NCBI GenBank assembly: GCA_951406725.2
Contig: OX597815.1
Location: 192,076,001-192,140,000, forward strand
DNA length: 64,000 bases
Reading direction: 5' to 3'
From: Octopus vulgaris
Lineage: Eukaryota
In this document: positions 12,718 to 25,269 of the stretch, piece after piece
How the letters are laid out: every line of letters starts with the position of its first letter
Position numbering within the stretch: the first letter of the stretch is position 1
Notes under the pieces: generated by a model
The model's database searches: none
Told to the model about the DNA's origin: nothing
What the model saw: the letters and a program-made list of their open reading frames with translations, nothing else
Program-made: the position numbers and the translations under genes

Positions 12718-14501
12718 GTGTGAGAGATAGAGAGAGAGTACAGATGGAGGTAAAAAGAAAGATAAGTAGATAAAACGATGGAGGGGTAGATAGGTGGATA
12801 GACAGAGAGATAGTTAGATAGATTGATGGATAAAGAGGGAGAGAGAGAGGGAGAGATAGACAGGTTGATAGAAGGATAGATAGATAAAGAAGCAGAAAGG
12901 TAGACATACATACATACAAACATACATACATACATATAGACAGACAGACAGACAGACAAATATCGAGTTAGGCAGACAAATGGATACAGAAGTTATGAAA
13001 ATGGTGAGGGAGTCTAAAGTGTATTGAGAAGAGAATATTAGAAGAACTGAAGACAATAGAGACAAAGAGGAGAAGATAAGGAGATAAAGAAAAGGAAGAG
13101 TATAAGAGGCATTGGAGGCATAGATTGGGAAGAATGGAGATTAAGAGATAATGTTGGACATAAGAGGAGAAGAATGGAAGAAACAGCAGATGACTGATGG
13201 ATTGAATAGAAGGGAGGGGGGGTAAGATGGAGTGATGGATAGGGAGGTAGATGGATGGGTGGATGGGTAGAAAGATAGATAGGCAGAGAGATGGGTAGGT
13301 AGATAGATAGCTAGATGGATGGATGGATGGATGGGTAGGTAGGTAGATAGATAGATGGGTAGGTGGGTGGGTGGATGGGTGGATGGGTAGAAAGATAGAT
13401 AGGCAGAGAGATGGGTAGGTAGGTAGATAGCTAGATGGCTGGATGGATGGATAGGTAGGTAGGTAGGTAGGTAGATAGATAGATAGAGAGAGATAGATGG
13501 GTAGGTAGGTTTGGGTGTTTGGATGGATGGATGGATAAGTAGAGAGATAGATGGGCAGGGAGATAGATAGATGGATAGGTAGGTAGGTAGGGAGGGAGGG
13601 AGAGAGAGAGAGAGAGATGGAGAGGTAGGTAGGTATTGGGTGTTTGTATGGATGGATGGACGGATGGATAGGTAGAGAGATAAGTTGATAGATAGATACA
13701 TAGGTATGTATGTATGTAGATGGATGGAGGATGGATAGGTGGATAGATTGATTGATTGATAGACTGTCTGATTGACAGACCCAAGGACTGATTCATCTCC
13801 AGATGGCTCCCCCCCTCTCTCTCTCCCTCTCTCTCTCATGTAGATAAACTAATTGATTTGAGAAGAAGAAGAATTAGAAGACATGATGATGATGATGATG
13901 ATAAAGAAGAGAGATAAAGATGGAGAAGAAGAAGAAGATGATGATGATGAAGGGGAAGGAGCGGATGAAAAAAGGGGAAGAAGGGGATGAAGGACGTGAA
14001 AAAAACCCCCAGAAAAAGATGAAAACAAAAAGAAGGGTAACAACAACAACAGCAACAACAACAAAGAAGAGGAAAACAAAAGGGAAAATGTGGAGAAAGA
14101 AGAGAAGGAAAACGAAATGAAGAGTTTGTGAAAGAAGAAACTGGTTTGTGTGAGTGACACTCATTTGAGTGGGATGGAGTGCTGCACTCCACTTGTGGTT
14201 TGGAGGAGATAATGGAAAGGTGGGGTTAGGGAATGGGGTGGATATCGGTAAATTGAAGGATTTTGGGACAAAAACCCCAATTTCTCTGGATTCCTCTCCT
14301 TTTCTCTTCTACTCAATCCCTCTCCTGTCTGTCTGTCTGTCTCCCTTTCTTCCTCTCTCTCTCTCTCTCTCTGTCACTACATTCCCCCCTCTCTCTCTGT
14401 CACTACATTTCCCTCCCCCTTCTTCCTCATTGACCTTCTTCATCTTACACTCTCTTTTTGTATACCTCTACATTTCCTTTTTTTCTTTCTCATTCCAGCT
14501 T

Positions 14502-14536
<35 letters not shown>

Positions 14537-14850
14537 TTCTCTCTCTCTCTCAATCTCTCACACTCACACTTTCCCTCCCTCTCTCTCACACATACAATAC
14601 TCTCTCACTCTCTCACACACATTCTCTCTCTCTCTCTCTCTCACACACATATATAGTCTCTCTCTTTCACACATACTCTCTCTCTCAGACATACACATTC
14701 TCTCTCACACACAGACACACACTCCTCTTCTCTCTCTCTAACACACACTTTCGCTCCCTCTTTCGCACACAAACACATACTCTCTCAATCTCTCTCTCTC
14801 TCTCTCTTTCTCTTTCTCTCTCTTCCTCTCTCTCTCTCTCTCTGATAAAT
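6770..14850. repeat. Compound microsatellite/low-complexity block: (CA)n, (CT)n, (CAT)n, (TCTA/TCTG)n, (GT)n, (TA)n, (GGAT/AGAT)n
   Basis: Seen directly. Higher-order duplications occur at about 7860-8480, 11395-11790 and 13245-13450. Confidence 0.9.
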
Positions 14851-15661
14851 GTTTTCCACTATAGCCCTGTGCCATTCAATGCCTTGTGAGTGAATGTGGA
14901 AAGTGGAAACTGCATGGAAGCCCATCCTGTGTATATGTGTGTCTTTGTGTTTGTTCTCCTCACCAGTGCTTGCTAACCTGCATTGGTCTGTTTACATCCT
15001 CGTAACATGACAGTTTAGCAAAAGAGATGAATGGAAGAAGTATCAAACATAGAAAATGATTACTGAGGTTGATTTGTTTAATGGAACCCTTCAATGGGGT
15101 GCTCCAGCAGGGACACAGTCCAATGACTGGTACAAGTAGAAGGATTAGTGATAAAGGATCATCATCATTATCATCATCATCATTGTTATAGTCATCATCA
15201 TCATTGCCATCATCATTATCATCATCACCACCACCGTCATCATCATCATCATCATCTTCATCATCGTCATCATCATCATCATCATCACCATTGTTGTTGT
15301 CATCATCATCATCATCATTGTCACGTCATCATCATCATTGTCATTGTCATCAACATCAACATCCTTGTCATCATCATCACCAATGTTGTTGTCATCATCG
15401 TCATTTAACATCTGCCTTCCATGCCGGCATGGGTTTGACAGTTTGGTAGGAGCTTGCTATAGTAGAAGACACTTGCCCAGGGTGCCACACAGTGGGAATG
15501 AACCTAGAACCATGTAGTTGGGGAAACAAACTTCTTACCACACAGCCATGGCTGAGCCTACCGTGAATTAGATTCATAAGAGAAAATAGGAGAGAGAAAT
15601 ACGTGGTAAAACTCGATTCTTTTATGCGCCCCTAATATGTTAAAAGCCTTCCCCAAGCCCA

Positions 15662-15937
15662 TTAATCCTTTCATGATTGTATTTGCAATGAAATACCCTG
15701 TCCATGTTTCAATTAATTTTCAAGATAAACTAAGAATTTAATAAATTAACTAATTTTTTATTTCTGTTTTTTAAAATTTTTGTTATAAAGCTGGGATTTT
15801 GAATATAATTTAACAAAAGGTTCTTTTGGAGTATTATAAAGGAAAAGTTTTAATTTAAATATGAATGCTTTTAATCAAGGGATTTTCTCTCGTAGAATAA
15901 AAGGTGAACTGAGGAGTTTTGTTGTAATAAAGGATTA
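15662..15937. mobile_element. Old piggyBac-like MITE
   Basis: TTAA-TCCTTT...AAAGGA-TTAA ends. The interior resembles the reverse complement of the 42179 and 47145 elements. Confidence 0.5.
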
Positions 15938-16128
15938 AGGAATAAGAGAATCAATCTGAGAAACGGCACCGAGTTGTATGAGGTCTGATCAAAAAAAGGA
16001 TCAGGTCTGTTGCTATGGTAACAGAGCTAAAGTACAGAGAGTTAAGACGCTTGGCATAGATTGACCTTGAACTCTGTTATGCATGCATGCTGAGATATTA
16101 CGTTCTCACTCACTTCTGTTGTTTATAG

Positions 16129-16314
16129 CAGTGCTCTGCAACCATTATGCAGCGGCACACTGGTGTGCCATGAGACAGTGCTAGGTGTGCCACAGTGTAA
16201 CCTGGATATAATTTTTTTCCCCTGTACTTTTAGTTATATTCTTTTGTTCAGGTGTGTTGCTGAATTTTGAAAAGAATTTGTGTACCGCAAATGCAAAACG
16301 GGTGCAGAGCACTA
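16129..16314. mobile_element. hAT (Charlie-like) MITE, 186 bp
   Basis: TIRs CAGTGCTCTGCAACC / GGGTGCAGAGCACTA. Perfect 8-bp TSD GTTTATAG at 16121-16128 and 16315-16322. Confidence 0.85.
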
Positions 16315-16814
16315 GTTTATAGCACATGGTCGACTCATCACACCACAGACGCTCTGTCAGTGACCACCACTGACAAAAGTGAGCAAAGAGTCTGCTTCAA
16401 ATTTTGCCAAAAGCTTGGTAATATCTGGGCTGCCAGAAATGTTAGCATTCTGGGTGAAATGCTTAGCAGTGTTTTGTCTGTCTTTACATTCTGAGTTCAA
16501 ATTCCGCTGAGGTTGACTTTGACTTTCATCCTTTCAGGGTTGATAAATTAAGTACCAGTTACATACTGGGGTCGATCTAATTGACTGGCTGTCTCCTCCA
16601 AAATTTCTAGCCTTGTGTCTAGAGTAGAAAAAAAATATCTGTGGCTTTTCCCACTTTTCTTCTTTCTGAAAATGAAATTCCACTTGAAAGGAACAAGATT
16701 TCAAAACAAAGAAGAAATCCAAGAGAATGCAACAAGGCAGATGCTTGCTATCCCAAAAAAGGGAGTTCCAAGAATGCTTCCATCAATGGAAATGGTGGAT
16801 AAAGTGTGTGCCTT

Positions 16815-17170
16815 GCCATTATGTTCTAAATTCAAATTCTGTCGAGGTTGACTTTGCCTTTCATCCTTTTGGGGTTGATTAAATAAGTACCAGTTACGCA
16901 CTGGGGTTGATATAATCGACTTAATCTGTTTGTCTGTCCTTGTTTGTCCCCTCTGTGTGTAACCCCTTGTGGGTAGTAAAGAAATAGGTATTTCATCTGT
17001 CTTTGTGTTCTGAGTTCAAATTCCGCCGAGGTTGACTTTGCCTTTCATCCTTTTGGAGTCGATTAAATAAGTACCAGTTACGCACTGGGGTCGATATAAT
17101 CGACTTAATCCATTTGTCTGTCCTTGTTTGTCCCCTCTGTGTGTAGCCCCTTGTGGGTAGTAAAGAAATA
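16815..17170 (+). mobile_element. Family C SINE body dimer
   Basis: Two tandem bodies of about 184 nt (GTTCAAATTCCGCCGAGGTCGACTTTGCCTTTCATCC...GGGTAGTAAAGAAATA) joined at GAAATAG|GTATTTC. Confidence 0.85.
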
Positions 17171-17271
17171 AGAAAAGGATTACTTCAACTGAGATTAGGT
17201 ACTGAACTGATACATGTTCTAGTTTACTTTCTATAGTACAGGTTCTGATGCTTTTGGAGAGTCCTTTAGAG

Positions 17272-17485
17272 CAGTGCTACTCAAAGTGGTAGCCTGCAGA
17301 CTGGCGCCGGTCCATGAACCATCAGCTGCCGGTACACAGCGAGTTTTCTGAAAAGAAGGAAACAATAGCATTATTTCAGTAATTTCGCCTTATGCACTGC
17401 AGTAAACAACTTGTCAGCTTATGTTATATAGTATTATTTGTTTACAAAATAAATATAAGATAAAAAAAATTGTCAACTTTTATTA
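17272..17485 (+). mobile_element. hAT-Charlie-type left end
   Basis: CAGTGCTACTCAAAGTG terminus preceded by TTTAGAG. No right end seen. Confidence 0.55.
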
Positions 17486-17575
17486 TACAGTTCTATATTT
17501 AAGAGATGAGGAACTATGTATATTATTGACATTATTTACATTTGACAGATATTTGTAATCATCTTGTTTGTTGTT

Positions 17576-17861
17576 AACACAACGTTTCAGCTGATATACC
17601 CATTTCTTTATTACCCACAAGGGGCTAAACACAGAGGGGACAAACAAGGACAGACATAGGTATTAAGTCGATTACATCGACCCCAGTGCATAACTGGTAC
17701 TTAATTTATCGACCCCGAAAGGATGAAAGGCAAAGTCGACCTCGGCGGAATTTGAACTCGCAATGTAACGCAGACGAAATACCGCTAAGCATCTCGCCCG
17801 GCGTGCTAACGTTTCTGCCAGCTCACCGTCGTAATATACCCTCCAGCCTTCATCAGGTGTC
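17576..17861 (-). ncRNA. Minimal hammerhead ribozyme motif split by a SINE insertion in loop II
   Basis: With the insert removed, the - strand reads GACAC-CTGATGA-A-GGCTG-gagggtatat-CAGCT-GAAA-CG-TT-GTGTT, with an intact core. The insert 17602-17833 is flanked by TSD ATATACCC (17594-17601 and 17834-17841). Confidence 0.8.
17602..17833 (-). mobile_element. Family C SINE, full monomer
   Basis: Head GAGCTGGCAGAAACGTTAGCACGCCGGGCG, B-box-like GAGTTCAAATTCC, 8-bp TSD. Confidence 0.9.
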
Positions 17862-18380
17862 TTGGGGGAAATTTCGAACCTGGGTTCTCATTTTTTACTG
17901 CTAGCAGTGAACTTAAATGGGATAAAACGCTTTGCTCTCCTTGGCAAAGAGCTTTATTCTAAATATTTATCCTCTTGCCTCAACAGAGCATTCAGACTTG
18001 TATGAATTTTCAAGCTTTTCTGAATAATTTCAGCGAACGTAGATGGCCAGAGGGTATTGGGTATGAAAGGTATTGACTATGAAATATAAGAACAAACATG
18101 AGGATACTAATCGAAATATATGAGTATTGTAAAAAAAAGAATTTATTTTTATATCTCAGATATTCATAACACACCCACACACCCACCCACACACACATGT
18201 ATGTATATCTATGTATATGTATCCCTCTCTCTCTCTCTTTATATATATATATATATGATATACACACACATCTATATATTTATGTGTATGTATATATATG
18301 TGTATACATACACACACACATCTATATATTTATGTGTATGTATATATATGTGTATACATACACACACATATCTATCTATC

Positions 18381-18419
<39 letters not shown>

Positions 18420-18450
18420 ATGTATATATATATGTATACATACACACACA

Positions 18451-18489
<39 letters not shown>

Positions 18490-19454
18490 CTATATATATA
18501 TATATGTGTGTGTGTGTATGTATATATATGTATGTATATATGTATACATACACACACACATCTATATATATATATATATATATACACATGTACAGATGTG
18601 ATTGTGTAAATATGTATATTGACTTATGAATAGACTCGTATATGTGTATATATATATTTTGCCAATACATAAATAAATATTAATGTGATTTTTTTTTTCA
18701 TTTGCAAACAATGATATAAACACATCATTAGCATCTCTCTCTCACCCCCTCTCCCTCTCTCCCTCCCTTCCTCTCTCTTTCACCTTTTTTCTCATCATTA
18801 GCATCTCTCTCTCACCCCCTCTCTCTTTCACCTTCTTTCTCTCCTCTCTCACGCTCTCAAATCACCACCATTGCCACCAAGGCTGCCACCACCGCCAGCA
18901 CCACATCCTCCTCCACCACCAACTCCGCCACCACCACCATCCTGCAATATAATCAATATCCTCGCCATCGTTGCGAACATCATCATCATCATCATCGTCA
19001 TTATCACCTTGTTATTGTTTGAACACCTCATTTTCAATTATGTTTCCTATGTAGGTACGAATGCATGTATGTAAGTATAACGACACACACACACACACAC
19101 ACACTTCCAGGTACACATACTCATACATGATAAAGTAATTATTAATAGTTTCCAGATAATTAGGCTTCACACTATTCTAGAATACAACCATTTTTATCCC
19201 CTTTCTGTAACTTTTTTATTTTTGTTATCACTTTCCATTTATACATATATCTGGTTTTGAAGGAGTATATATATTTATGAATATATATTTGCGATCAGTG
19301 AAAAAACATCCATTCTAAAGATAAATATTACTTTGCAAGTATTATAAATTAGAAATGTAAAACAGTTGTACCTCTTGAAATTGATATTCAGCACACATCA
19401 ATAAACGATATGTGTGTGTGTGTATTAATATATACATATATATATGTTTTATAA

Positions 19455-19485
<31 letters not shown>

Positions 19486-19499
19486 TATATATACATGCA

Positions 19500-19539
<40 letters not shown>

Positions 19540-19886
19540 TACATATATACATACACACACATGCATGCACACACACACATATATATATATATATACATAC
19601 CAAACATATACATATATATATATATATCTATACGCACATACACACACACATATATATATATACATACATATATATATCTCTTTACTCTTTTACTTGTTTC
19701 AGTCATTTGACTGTGGCCATGCTGCAGCAAGACCTTTAGTCGAGCAAATCGACCCCAGGACTTATTCTTTGTAAGCCTAGTACTTATTCTATCAGTCTCT
19801 TTTGCCGAACTACTAAGTTACGGGGGCGTAAACACACCACCATCAGTTGTCAAGCGATGTTGGGGGGACAAACACAAACATATACG

Positions 19887-19919
<33 letters not shown>

Positions 19920-21099
19920 CATCATCATCATCATCATTTAGCGTCCGTTTTCCATGCTAGCATGGGTTGGACAGTTTAACTGGGGTCTGTGAAGCCGGAA
20001 GGCTTCATCAGGCCCAGTCAGATTTGGCAGTGTTTCTACGGCTGGATGCCCTTCCTAACACCAACGACTCCGTGAGTGTAGTGGGTGCTTTTTACGTGCC
20101 ACCTGCACAGGTGCCAGACAGAGCTGGCAAACGGCCACGAACGGATGGTGTTTTTTCATGCCACCGGCACGGGGGCCAGGCGAGGCTGGCAACGGACACG
20201 AACGGATGGTGCTTTTACATGCTACCGGCACGGGGGCCAGGCGAGGCTGGCAACGGACATATATATATATATATATACACATATATACGATGGGCTTCTT
20301 TCAGTTTCCGTCTACCAAATCCACTCACAGCCATGCCAACAATCCAACATACCTCCATCATCAGCTGCCTCGTGGATATCATTATGGTTTCGACACCTGG
20401 GCAGTACCATTCAATCCAACAGTGTCAACAGCACAAAATAAGTGTTGTTTGGGAACAAACAAACCAAAGAAACCACAACTCTCAAACACATTTACCCACT
20501 GTACAACAGTATCGGTAAATAAATTCAATAAGTAAATTACAACCAACTCCTAAATACGTAACTATAGTGACAACTCTATTAAGTCATACAAAAATTATAA
20601 TACCTACCATCTTCCGTAGTGTAATATGAAAGTAAAATCGTTATAACCACATTATTTTAATCAGTCAAGCAGGATTAAATACTAACTTTAATAAAACTAC
20701 AACAAAGAGATATGTAAACCAATGTACATTGTATCTGTATTAATAGTGAACTGCTATAACTAAATTATATACTAAATTGCGACCAAACTTCCATACAAAT
20801 AATAATCCCACCGGTCTTCCATAGATACTACTATAATGAAAGTTAAAGCCGTATAAAGATCGCTGCAAAACAAAACATGATTGAAAAGAATTTTACTAAT
20901 ATTTTTATGAGTGAAATACATTATTTCATCATTCAAAAGTTAATAATAAAACGCTACATGCTCATTAATACATCACAAGCTATAATATAAAATTGCCAGT
21001 AACTAAACATTAAACATTAAATTTCATTAAATAGGAACTAATAACACACACACACATATAGTAAGAGGAGGGATATGATATTCCAAGTAGATAAATTTC

Positions 21100-21900
21100 G
21101 GATCTTTTCGGTTTGAACGGCAGTTTTTAACATAATTTCTAGGCGCGGGAGTGGCTGTGTGGTAAGTAGCTTGCTAACCAACCACATGGTTCCGGGTTCA
21201 GTCCCACTGAGTGGCATCTTGGGCAAGTGTCTTCTACTATAGCTCCGGGCCGACCAATGCCTTGTGAGTGGATTTGGTAGACGGAAACTGAAAGAAGCCT
21301 GTCGTATATATGTATATATATGTATGTGTGTGTGTTTGTGTGTGTGTGTTTGTCCTCCTAGCATTGCTTGACAACCGATGCTGGTGTGTTTACGTCCCCG
21401 TAGGCGGTTCGGCAAAAGAGACTGATAGAATAAGTACTGGGCTTACAAAGAATAAGTCCTGGGGTCGATTTGCTCAACTAAAGGCGGTACTCCAGCATGG
21501 CCGCAGTCAAATGACTGAAACAAGTAAAAGAGTAAAATAGAGTAAAGAGTAACTAAACACTTTTAAACTTCGTATACTGGTAGAATGTGTTTATAAAACA
21601 TCTTTTTCTCTTGGCTTTATTGAGAAAATTCTATAATTTTAAAAATATTTGTTGTTTTTTTTCTTCAATTTCTGCAATTTCAACCAATCAATGACATCTA
21701 TTGAGGTGAAAACATTCTTTGCCGTATGAATATGTCCCTCGTTTAAGAAATAGATTGGGTTTATTTACATTTGTAAAGAAAAAAAGATACCCTTCCCCCC
21801 CTAACCCTAAAAGAGATTGAAATGCAATAGGGTTATAATTATGGGAGGCAATTTCATATGACACTGCTAGAAAAAACTGCCGTTCAAACCGAAAAGATCT
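21100..21900. mobile_element. MITE family M1 (TIR GGATCTTTTCGGTTTGAACGGCAGTTTTT), interrupted by a SINE
   Basis: TIRs at 21100-21128 and about 21872-21900. The interior is the reverse complement of 40945-41364. Confidence 0.85.
21142..21549 (+). mobile_element. tRNA-derived CORE-type SINE (family B), full length
   Basis: A box GTGGCTGTGTGGTAAG, B box GGTTCAGTCCC, CORE-like CTTGGGCAAGTGTCTT, (GTAAAAGA)n tail. Other copies or fragments at 14860-15145, 15455-15560, 19678-19900, 24495-24660, 35270-35415, 44335-44478, 59672-60000, 60665-61150. Confidence 0.9.
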
Positions 21901-21917
21901 CCAAGGATGGTTCTTTC

Positions 21918-22439
21918 GGCATTCTTTCGATATAACTCGACAAAATGAAAACAGTTCATTTCGGGTATTTCCGTGGGTTGTGGAGTATAGATGTAACGAA
22001 ATTATGCCAGCAATGTCTCATTTTAAACTTGAAGAAAAAAAAGCCTTGCATATTTGTTCTTACCTGTTTCATGTGTGTATGTAAAATCCGCATCATCATC
22101 ATCATCGTTTAACATCCGTTTTCCATGGTAGCATGGGTCGGACGGTTCGATCGGCGTCTGGGAAGCCAGGAGGCTGCACCAAGCTCCAGTCTGATCTGGT
22201 AGTGTTTCTACAGCTGGGTGCCCTTCCTAACGCCAACCACTCTGTGAGAGTAGTGGGTGCTTTTTATGTGCCACCGGCACAGGTGCCAGGGGAGGCTGGC
22301 AATGGCCACGATCGGTTGGTGCTTTTTACGTGCCACCGGTACGGAAGCCAGTAAAATCAGAATCAAACTGTCATTTGCTTCCACGGAAATACCCCAAGCG
22401 AAATGCTTTGATTTTGTCGAGTTATATCGAAAGAATGCC
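21918..22439. mobile_element. MITE family M2 (about 60-bp TIRs, GG ends, 8-bp TSD) containing a family A SINE
   Basis: GGCATTCTTTCGATATAACTCGACAAAAT...GGGTATTTCCGTGG, with its inverse at 22381-22439. TSD GTTCTTTC at 21910-21917 and 22440-22447. Confidence 0.85.
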
Positions 22440-22639
22440 GTTCTTTCTAATGGTGCTGTGTTTGGTAATCTACATTCAGCTCTCATCTGATGTTCCAGTT
22501 TATTACATATGTTTCTATCGCAACAATCACATATTCTTAAGTATTCATATGCAGTAATTTAGGCATTGGTACGATCTCTTCAGAGTAAAGAAATGTGACA
22601 TTGTTTGAAGAGGAATTTTCCTCCTCAATTCGTTTGAAT

Positions 22640-22800
22640 TAGATTTGGTAGCAATAGCAAGCTCTGAACATTCTTCAATGAGATATTTGCCTAAGTCACT
22701 GCATAAGAATATGCAACAATTTGCTATTAGTGATACTGAAACACGTGTCAGACTTTTATTCTAATTGGAAATAAACAAAAAGTTTGAATGTTCTAATTTT
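22640..22800 (+). pseudogene. Possible degenerate hAT transposase C-terminal dimerisation domain
   Basis: Reads DLVAIASSEHSSMRYLPKSLHKNMQQ, reminiscent of the (V/T)xASxERSFS..xKxxLRxxMxQ motif. Confidence 0.3.
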
Positions 22801-24036
22801 TCAATCTGCTCATTTTAATATATATATACACATAGGACAGACACAGAAGAACCGTAATTATTCATCAGTTATTGACCAAAAAATACTAATATATATATAT
22901 ATCATCCTCATCACCATCATCATCCTTCAATGTTTCTTTTCCATGCTGATATATATATATATATATATTAGGGTGGTGAGCTGGCAGAAACGTTAGCATG
23001 CCGTTACATTCTGAGTTCAAATTCCGCTGAGGTTGACTTTGCCTTTCATCATTTTGAGGTCAATTAAATAAGTACCAGTTACACACTGGAGCCAATGTAA
23101 TTGACTTAATCCCTTTGTCTGTCCTTGTTTGTCTCCTCTTTGTTTAGTCCCCTGTGGGCAATAAAGAAATAGATATGTGTGTGTGTGTGTGTTTGTCTCC
23201 CACAACCATTTGACAATTGGCACTGGTATGCTTATGTCCCTGTAACTTAGCGATTTGGCAGAAGTGACTGATAAAATAAGTACAAGGTTTATAAAATTAG
23301 TACTGGTGGTCGAAACTTTTGGCTAAAATTGTTTAAGGCAGTGCTCCAGCATGGACATAATTTTATGACTGAAACAACTAAAAGACAATATATATATATG
23401 GTGCCATTCTTTTCAACCTTCCATGAAAATATGTCCAGTCAGAGGAAACATTACACAGAATCAAGTGAGGGTTGAAGACAGGGAAGGCATCCAGCTGTAG
23501 AAAATTACGTCAAATAATTTTATCTGACTCATGCAAGCATAGAGAAGTAGGCATTGAAATGATGCTGATATGTATATATAGGAAGGGCATCCAGCCGTAG
23601 AAACATTGCCAGATCAGACTGGGCCTGGTGCAGCGTTCTGGCTTCCCAGACCCTAGTTGAACCGTCCAACCCATGCTATCATGGAAAGCGGACGCTAAAT
23701 GATGATGATGATGATGATGATGATGTGTGTGTATGTAAATGATACCCATAAATTGTAGTTGTGGTTTTTGCTGGTACTATGAAAAGGGCACCTGCGAATC
23801 ATAGTCAGGGTCACTGCTGGTGTCATGTAAATGGTACCCATGCTGATGGCACCTGTGCTGGTGGCATGTAACAGTACCCATTACACTCCTGGAGTGGTTG
23901 GTATTAGGAATGGCATCCAGCTGTAGAAACTCTGCCAAATCAGACTGGAACCTGGGGCAGCTCTCCAGCTTCTCAGCTCCAGTCAACCATCTAACCCATG
24001 CCAGCTTGGTGAGTGGACGTTAAATGATGATGATAC

Positions 24037-24103
<67 letters not shown>

Positions 24104-24107
24104 AAAG

Positions 24108-24444
24108 GGTAAAGACCCCCTTCGGTCATGAATGACCATGGGATTGCACCTAGAAAGTTACCCTCCTAGACACAAGTCCGGGCAAGGTTGTTTATGGAAG
24201 ACCAGCAGTCGCCCATGCATACCAGCCTCCCCTCTCCACACCACCAGTGTTATCCAAGGGAAAGACAAAGGTCGATACAGCTTGGTACCAGTGACGTCGC
24301 AACTCATTTCTACAGCTGAGTGAACTGGAGCAACGTGAAATAAAGTGCCTTGCTCAAGAACACAACACGCAGCCCGGTCCGGGATTCGAGCTCACAACCT
24401 CACGATCGTAAGCTCGACGCTCTAACCACTGAGCCATGCGCCTT

Positions 24445-24448
<4 letters not shown>
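24108..24448 (-). mobile_element. tRNA(Arg)-like SINE (family D), full length
   Basis: The - strand head GTGAAGGCGCATGGCTCAGTGGTTAGAGCGTCGAGCTTACGATCGTGAGGTTGTGAGCTCGAATCCC has A and B boxes and an ACG anticodon-like loop. Confidence 0.9.
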
Positions 24449-24496
<48 letters not shown>

Positions 24497-24817
24497 TACA
24501 GGCGTGGCTGTGGGCAAGAAGTTTGCTTCCCAACCACATGGTTCCGGGTTCAGTCCCACTGCGTGGCACCTTGGGTAAGTGTCTTCTACTGTAGCCTCAG
24601 GCCGACCAATGACTTGTGAGTGGATTTGGTAAACGGAAACTGAAAGAAACCCATCATATGTGTGTGTATATATATATATATATATAACTGTATATGTATA
24701 TATATGTGTGTATATTTTTTATATATATATAAATGTATATGTATATATATATGTGTGTGTGTGTATATTTTATATATATATATATATTGGAAGGTTTTGG
24801 AGATGATGTACAGTTAT

Positions 24818-25112
24818 TATATATTAGAAGAAATGAGGTACTCAGAAGATCAGATGGTTTATATGTACAGATATTTATTTGTATATTACATTTTTTATAT
24901 ATATATCATATCACTTAGATCATTAGCGCTTTCTCCCATTCTAGTGGGATTTTCAAATCAAACTAAGTTTGATTTGAAAACCCCACTAGAATGGGAGAAA
25001 GCGCTAATGATCTAAGTGATATGATATATATATAAAAAATGTAATATACAAATAAATATCTGTACATATAAACCATCTGATCTTCTGAGTACCTCATTTC
25101 TTCTAATATATA
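24818..25112. repeat. Near-perfect 295-bp palindrome (146-bp arms, TAA loop at 24964-24966) within TA microsatellite
   Basis: The arms are reverse complements except for one mismatch I can see (A24949 opposite C24981). The ORF track gives the same peptide on both strands. Confidence 0.95.
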
Positions 25113-25116
25113 TATA

Positions 25117-25183
<67 letters not shown>

Positions 25184-25269
25184 ATTTTATATATATATAT
25201 ACACTTGCACATATATGTATATATATTAATACATGCACACATACATATGCATTAACGTGTAAATTAATA

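Larger units (their letters stand above)
15979..17266 (+). mobile_element. Decayed mariner transposon carrying nested insertions
   Basis: TA-TGAGGTCTGATCAAAAA left TIR. N-terminal EQRVCFKFCQKLG at about 16380. C-terminal FFFLKMKFHLKGTRFQNKEEIQENATRQMLAIPKK at 16640-16760. Degenerate right TIR plus TA at 17267. The middle of the transposase is deleted. Confidence 0.8.

Noticed and set aside
6599-14889. Long ORFs rich in HT, LS, YI or SI dipeptides
   Set aside because: They are translations of dinucleotide and tetranucleotide microsatellites that lack stops by composition.
22828-22880. CTGATGA(-) in a short repeat shared with 26565-26615
   Set aside because: No GAAA/stem III half, and the second copy lacks the motif.
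24662-25242. Identical peptides encoded on both strands
   Set aside because: A trivial consequence of the DNA palindrome, not coding.
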